A stretch of DNA of 64,000 nucleotides, from NCBI GenBank assembly GCA_946624985.1, contig CAMOSQ010000001.1, forward strand, positions 76,733 through 140,732, read 5' to 3'. Positions 63,570 to 64,000 of the stretch are shown here, piece by piece. Numbering within the stretch: position 1 is the stretch's first letter; each line of letters opens with the position of its first letter. The stretch is from an uncultured Bacillales bacterium (GTDB lineage: Bacteria > Bacillota_I > Bacilli_A > RF39 > UBA660). Under the pieces are notes generated by a model. That model did no database searches. It saw only the letters and a program-made list of their open reading frames with translations, and had not been told where the DNA came from. The translations under genes were made by a program, and so were the position numbers.

Positions 63570-64000
63570 ATGGAACTAAAAAATATGTCAAGAGAAGAAA
63601 TTGAAATGATGAGTTATACTGACTTAACTTATATTATTTTAAAAGATAATAAAAAGCCAATGAATACAGCTGATTTATTTAAAAAAATTTGTGAGTTGTT
63701 AGATTTTGGGGAAGATGAATTTAATGCTAAGATTGGTGATTATTATACATCACTTACTATAGATAAAAGATTTTATATGTTGGATGGTGCTTTATGGGAT
63801 TTATCTGAGAAGCACAAGGTTGAATTACAGATTGATGATGAAGAAGAAATTAGTGAGGATGAAATTGATTCCGAAGAAGAAGTAGAAGATGAAATGGACG
63901 AAGCAGAGGATTCTTTAGATTCTATTGATTCAATTGATGATGATATTGATGAGGCAGATGATGATACTCTTGATTTATCAATTGTTAGTGAAGATGAATT
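63570..64000 (+). CDS. rpoE: DNA-directed RNA polymerase delta subunit, 3' end outside the window
   Basis: MSYTDLTYIILKDNKKPMNTADLFKKICELL...YYTSLTIDKRFYMLDGALWDL is a HARE-HTH domain, followed by the typical long Asp/Glu tail. RBS is AGGAGG. Confidence 0.85.
   Translation, partial: MELKNMSREEIEMMSYTDLTYIILKDNKKPMNTADLFKKICELLDFGEDEFNAKIGDYYTSLTIDKRFYMLDGALWDLSEKHKVELQIDDEEEISEDEIDSEEEVEDEMDEAEDSLDSIDSIDDDIDEADDDTLDLSIVSEDE

Overview
This is a 64-kb window from a very AT-rich, cell-walled (monoderm) bacterium of the Bacillota. Supporting markers are a partial RNA polymerase delta subunit (rpoE), a LysM amidase, a class A PBP and LemA. The standard genetic code applies: TGA is used as a stop, and the single tRNA is tRNA-Trp with anticodon CCA. 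All but three genes are on the + strand. No searches could be run, so every homology statement rests on motifs I recognise by eye.

Layout:
(1) 1-5.4 kb is a decayed accessory island. It holds a tyrosine integrase and a six-repeat HA-domain/endonuclease-like gene, each broken at an A8 homopolymer, plus a SAM methyltransferase, an unknown gene, a SEC-C remnant and unusual repeat arrays.
(2) 5.4-20 kb holds envelope and housekeeping genes: extracytoplasmic thioredoxins, LemA, a 5xLysM amidase, a DD-carboxypeptidase, tRNA-Trp, two FAD enzymes, a NodB deacetylase, a stand-alone Clp-D1-like AAA+ protein and TrmL.
(3) 20-27 kb holds two GT-C-like polytopic membrane proteins, two tandem pilin-like genes with near-identical 5' ends, and two unknown envelope genes.
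(4) 28.1-56.6 kb is a co-directional supercluster. A Tad-like pilus module (CpaB, CpaF/TadA, TadB/C-like, TadZ-like, three minor-pilin-like genes, an 822-aa secreted protein) is joined to a Gram-positive-type type IV secretion module. That module contains a split VirB4, VirD4, a VirB6-like protein, a PrgI/VirB3-like protein and a SpoIID+NlpC/P60 hydrolase. Four paralogous copies of a 2-TM pilin-like hairpin module are scattered through it. I could recognise no relaxase, prepilin peptidase or integrase inside it. Two roughly 80%-identical PD-(D/E)XK (Rpn/YhgA-like) genes in inverted orientation bracket about 23 kb of it.
(5) 56.6-64 kb is housekeeping: rhodanese, an AI-2E transporter, a P-loop kinase, cmk, a short alaS, PBP1A and rpoE.

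The Tad+T4SS supercluster and its pilin-like paralog family are the most likely candidates for an undescribed system.
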